A DNA stretch of 64,000 nucleotides, from positions 558,001 to 622,000 of the forward strand of contig JAPDFW010000125.1 of assembly GCA_028826165.1 (NCBI GenBank). The letters are read 5' to 3'. A program made the position numbers and the translations under genes. This DNA comes from Anaeramoeba ignava BMAN (lineage: Eukaryota > Protista > Anaeramoebae). The notes beneath the pieces were generated by a model. The model was given only the letters and a program-made list of their open reading frames with translations. It searched no databases and had not been told where the DNA came from. Numbering within the stretch: the stretch's first letter is position 1; each line of letters starts with the position of its first letter. Of the stretch, positions 61,110 through 64,000 are shown piece after piece.

Positions 61110-62130
61110 TTTAAATAATAAAATATTTAAATCTAAAACAATAAATTATTATTTTAATAATAAAAATTAAATATTAAATTATATTTTTAAATTAATTTAT
61201 TAATTAAATATTAAATTAAATCTATTCTTATTTTTATATTTATATGTTAAATATTTAAATAATAAAATACTTAAATCTAAAACAATAAATTATTATTTTA
61301 ATAATAAAATTAAATAATAAATTATATTTTTAAATTAATTTACAAATTAAATATTAAATTAAACCTATTCTCATTTTTATATTTATATGTTAAATATTTA
61401 AATAATAAAATATTTAAATCTAAAACATTAAATTATTATTTTTAAACATAAAATTAAATATTAAATTATATTTTTAAATTAATTTATAAATTAAATATTA
61501 AATTAAAATCTATTTCTATTTTTATATTTATATGTTTAATGTTTTAAATAATAAAATATTTAAATTTAAAACATTAAATTATTATTTTAATAATAAAATT
61601 AAATATTAAAATTATATTTTTAAATTAAATTATAAATTAAATATTAAATTATATTTTTAAATTAAATTATAAATTAAATATTAAATTAAATCTATTTTCA
61701 TTTTTTATATTTATATGTTAAATATTTAAATAATAAAATATTTAAATCTAAAACAATAAATTATTATTTTAATAATAAAATTAAATATTAAATTATATTT
61801 TTAAATTAATTTATAAATTAAATATTAAATTAAATCTATTCTCATTTTTATATTTATATGTAAAATATTTAAATAATAAAAATATTTAAATCTAAAACAT
61901 TAAATTAATATTTTAAACATAAAATTAAATATTAAATTATATTTTTAAATTAATTTATAAAATTAAATATTAAATTAAACCTATTCTTATTTTTTATATT
62001 TATATGTAAAATATTTAAATAATAAAATATTTAAATCTAAAACATTAAATTATTATTTTAAACATAAAATTAAATATAAAATTATATTTTTAAATTAATT
62101 TATAAATTAAATATTAAATTAAACTTATTC
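61110..62130. repeat. Tandem satellite of about 144 bp, seven units
   Basis: TCTAAAACA anchor at about 61132, 61276, 61419, 61565 (variant), 61747, 61891 and 62036. Confidence 0.9.
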
Positions 62131-62201
62131 TTATTTTTTTTATTTCTCTGTTTTATAATGAAAAAGAAGAAAAAAATTGTGATAAATTTTTGTGATAAAT
62201 T

Positions 62202-63709
62202 TTAGTCATGATATTCAACTTCTTTTTCTGATTGAAGTAAAAGACCAAGTTCTTTAAGGAATTCTTGAGGGAAATTATCATTCCAATTAACACCAATAAA
62301 ATGAGGGCCATGAATTGGATCGTAAACAAAATAACCTTTTCCATGTTGATCGATAAGATAAAATCCTTGAATATATCTAATATATTTTGATGGATAAACT
62401 GTTTCATGACATGTTAAAGGATCATGTGGACATGTTCCTTTTATTTCACTGAAAAATATTTTAGTTCGATAATTTAACCAAATATCAAATAATTTTCCAA
62501 CTACTGCAAAATCTTTTGGTTCATTTGCTTTTGTATCAAATGCTTTTCTCATTTTTGGAACAACTTCAGACTTAATTTGATTTTTTTGAATTTAATTTTT
62601 TTAAATTGATTTTTAAATTGATTTTTAAATTGAATTTTAAATTTGATTTTTAAATACATCATCAAACCACATTCTATTTAAAAAAAAATATCCAAAAATT
62701 AAAAGGAATTGATTTAGAGTTAAAATTTTTAAATAATTTCAAAATTTTCCAAAAAAAAATTAATTACTCATGTGTTACAGTCTAAAAAAAATAATTAATC
62801 AAATCATTAAAAAAGATCAAAATAAGAAATGTTATTAAAAATTAATTTACGTGTCCAACACAAAGAATTTTAATTCCAGAAGAAAAAACTTCAATTGCAG
62901 CACCAATATCTTGTCTCACTTTAAATTTTGATTTTGATTTTGATTTTTGATTTTGATTTTGATTTTGATTTTGATTTTGATTTTGATTTTGATTTTGAAT
63001 TTGATTTTAATTTTGATTTTGAATTTAATTTTGATTTTAATTTTGAATTTGAATTTTCATTTTGATTTTAATTTTTATTTTAATTTTGATTTTGATTTTG
63101 AATTTGAATTTGATTTTTATTTTGATTTTAATTTTAATTTTAATTTTGATTTTGATTTTGTATTTTGATTTTGATTTTGATTTTGATTTTGAATTTGAAT
63201 TTGAATTTGAATTTGGATTTGATTTTGATTTTAATTTTAATTTTGATTTTGATTTTGATTTTGATTTTGATTTTTATTTTGAATTTGAATTTGAATTTAC
63301 CATTACTATTTCCAAAAATAAATTTTAAAGAAAGAAAGAAAGAAAGTTATTAATTTTAATTTAAATTTTAATTTAAATTTAAATTTTAATATAATTTAAA
63401 AAATACTGGCAAGAATGAGGACATTCATAAACTTTTCCAAATTTAAAAAAATCAGGAGCAGGAGTATCATGTTTTACTGCGCCCATTCCCATGAAAACTA
63501 TTCAAAATAATTAATTTAAATAAGAAGATCAAAAATAAATTCAAAATAAAACAAACCAATTCTTTCAATTAAATTTTTTTTTAAAATATCTGGACACATT
63601 CGAATTGCACGTGCAATATTTGTCATTCCTCCAATAGAAAGAATAGCTAACTTTCCAGGATATTTCTGAGCTTGTTCAACAATAAATTTAGCAGCTGCAA
63701 GTTGATCAC
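62202..63709 (-). CDS. Inosine-uridine-preferring-type nucleoside hydrolase (5' part outside the window); exons 63709-63557, 63497-63407, 63305-63301, 62918-62851, 62781-62768, 62673-62658, 62570-62202
   Basis: Spliced: AAKFIVEQAQKYPGKLAILSIGGMTNIARAI...VFMGMG...CHNVRQDIGAAIEVFSSGIKILCVGHTVTHEMWF...CPHDPLT. Phases are consistent. Confidence 0.85.
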
Positions 63710-64000
63710 CTTTTGATTTTGATTTTGATTTTGATTTTGATTTTTAATTTTGATTTTGATTTTGATTTTGATTTTAATTTTGATTTTGATTTTGATTTTG
63801 ATTTTGATTTTGATTTTGATTTTAGATTTTGATTTTGATTTTGATTTTAGATTTTGATTTTGTATTTTGATTTTGATTTTGATTTTAATTTTTAATTTTG
63901 ATTTTAATTTTCATTTTGATTTTGATTTTAATTTTGATTTTGAATTTGATTTTGATTTTGAATTTGATTTTGATTTTGATTTTGATTTTGATTTTGATTT

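Noticed and set aside
1-64000. tRNA, rRNA or autonomous transposon
   Set aside because: No recognisable RNA gene, transposase, integrase or reverse transcriptase was seen; small ncRNAs cannot be excluded without covariance-model searches.

Overview
Extremely AT-rich eukaryotic (protist) genomic DNA with spliceosomal GT-AG introns, using the standard genetic code. The gene-family content (RCC1-BTB, ankyrin-BTB, BTB-TLDc, N/Q microsatellites) is reminiscent of the metamonad Anaeramoeba; this is an inference and was not verified. I reconstructed about 22 genes by hand: two claudin-like tetraspan paralogs, a RasGEF, a LITAF-domain protein, seven intronless RCC1-propeller/BTB-BTB paralogs (one frameshifted), DDX11/Chl1 helicase, ornithine decarboxylase, two ankyrin/BTB-BTB genes (one frameshifted), a DENN-PH protein, two tandem intron-containing staphylococcal-nuclease-like genes missed by the ORF track, a penta-EF-hand protein, a CH-RasGAP-PH protein, a possible EDC4 C-terminal-domain protein, a BTB-TLDc protein and a partial nucleoside hydrolase. 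Most long ILYI/DLNI/FNFN ORFs in the track are translations of satellites. The best candidate for a new system is a repertoire of putative Cullin3 adaptors: a near-constant BTB-BTB module fused to RCC1 propellers that vary at recurring loop positions and share sequence blocks in a mosaic pattern, with a CaaX tail intact in one copy and silenced by stops in another. Also notable are 5-, 9-, 14- and 16-nt microexons, AG-depleted microsatellite introns with very degenerate splice signals, and an Inr-like TCATTT motif upstream of most genes.
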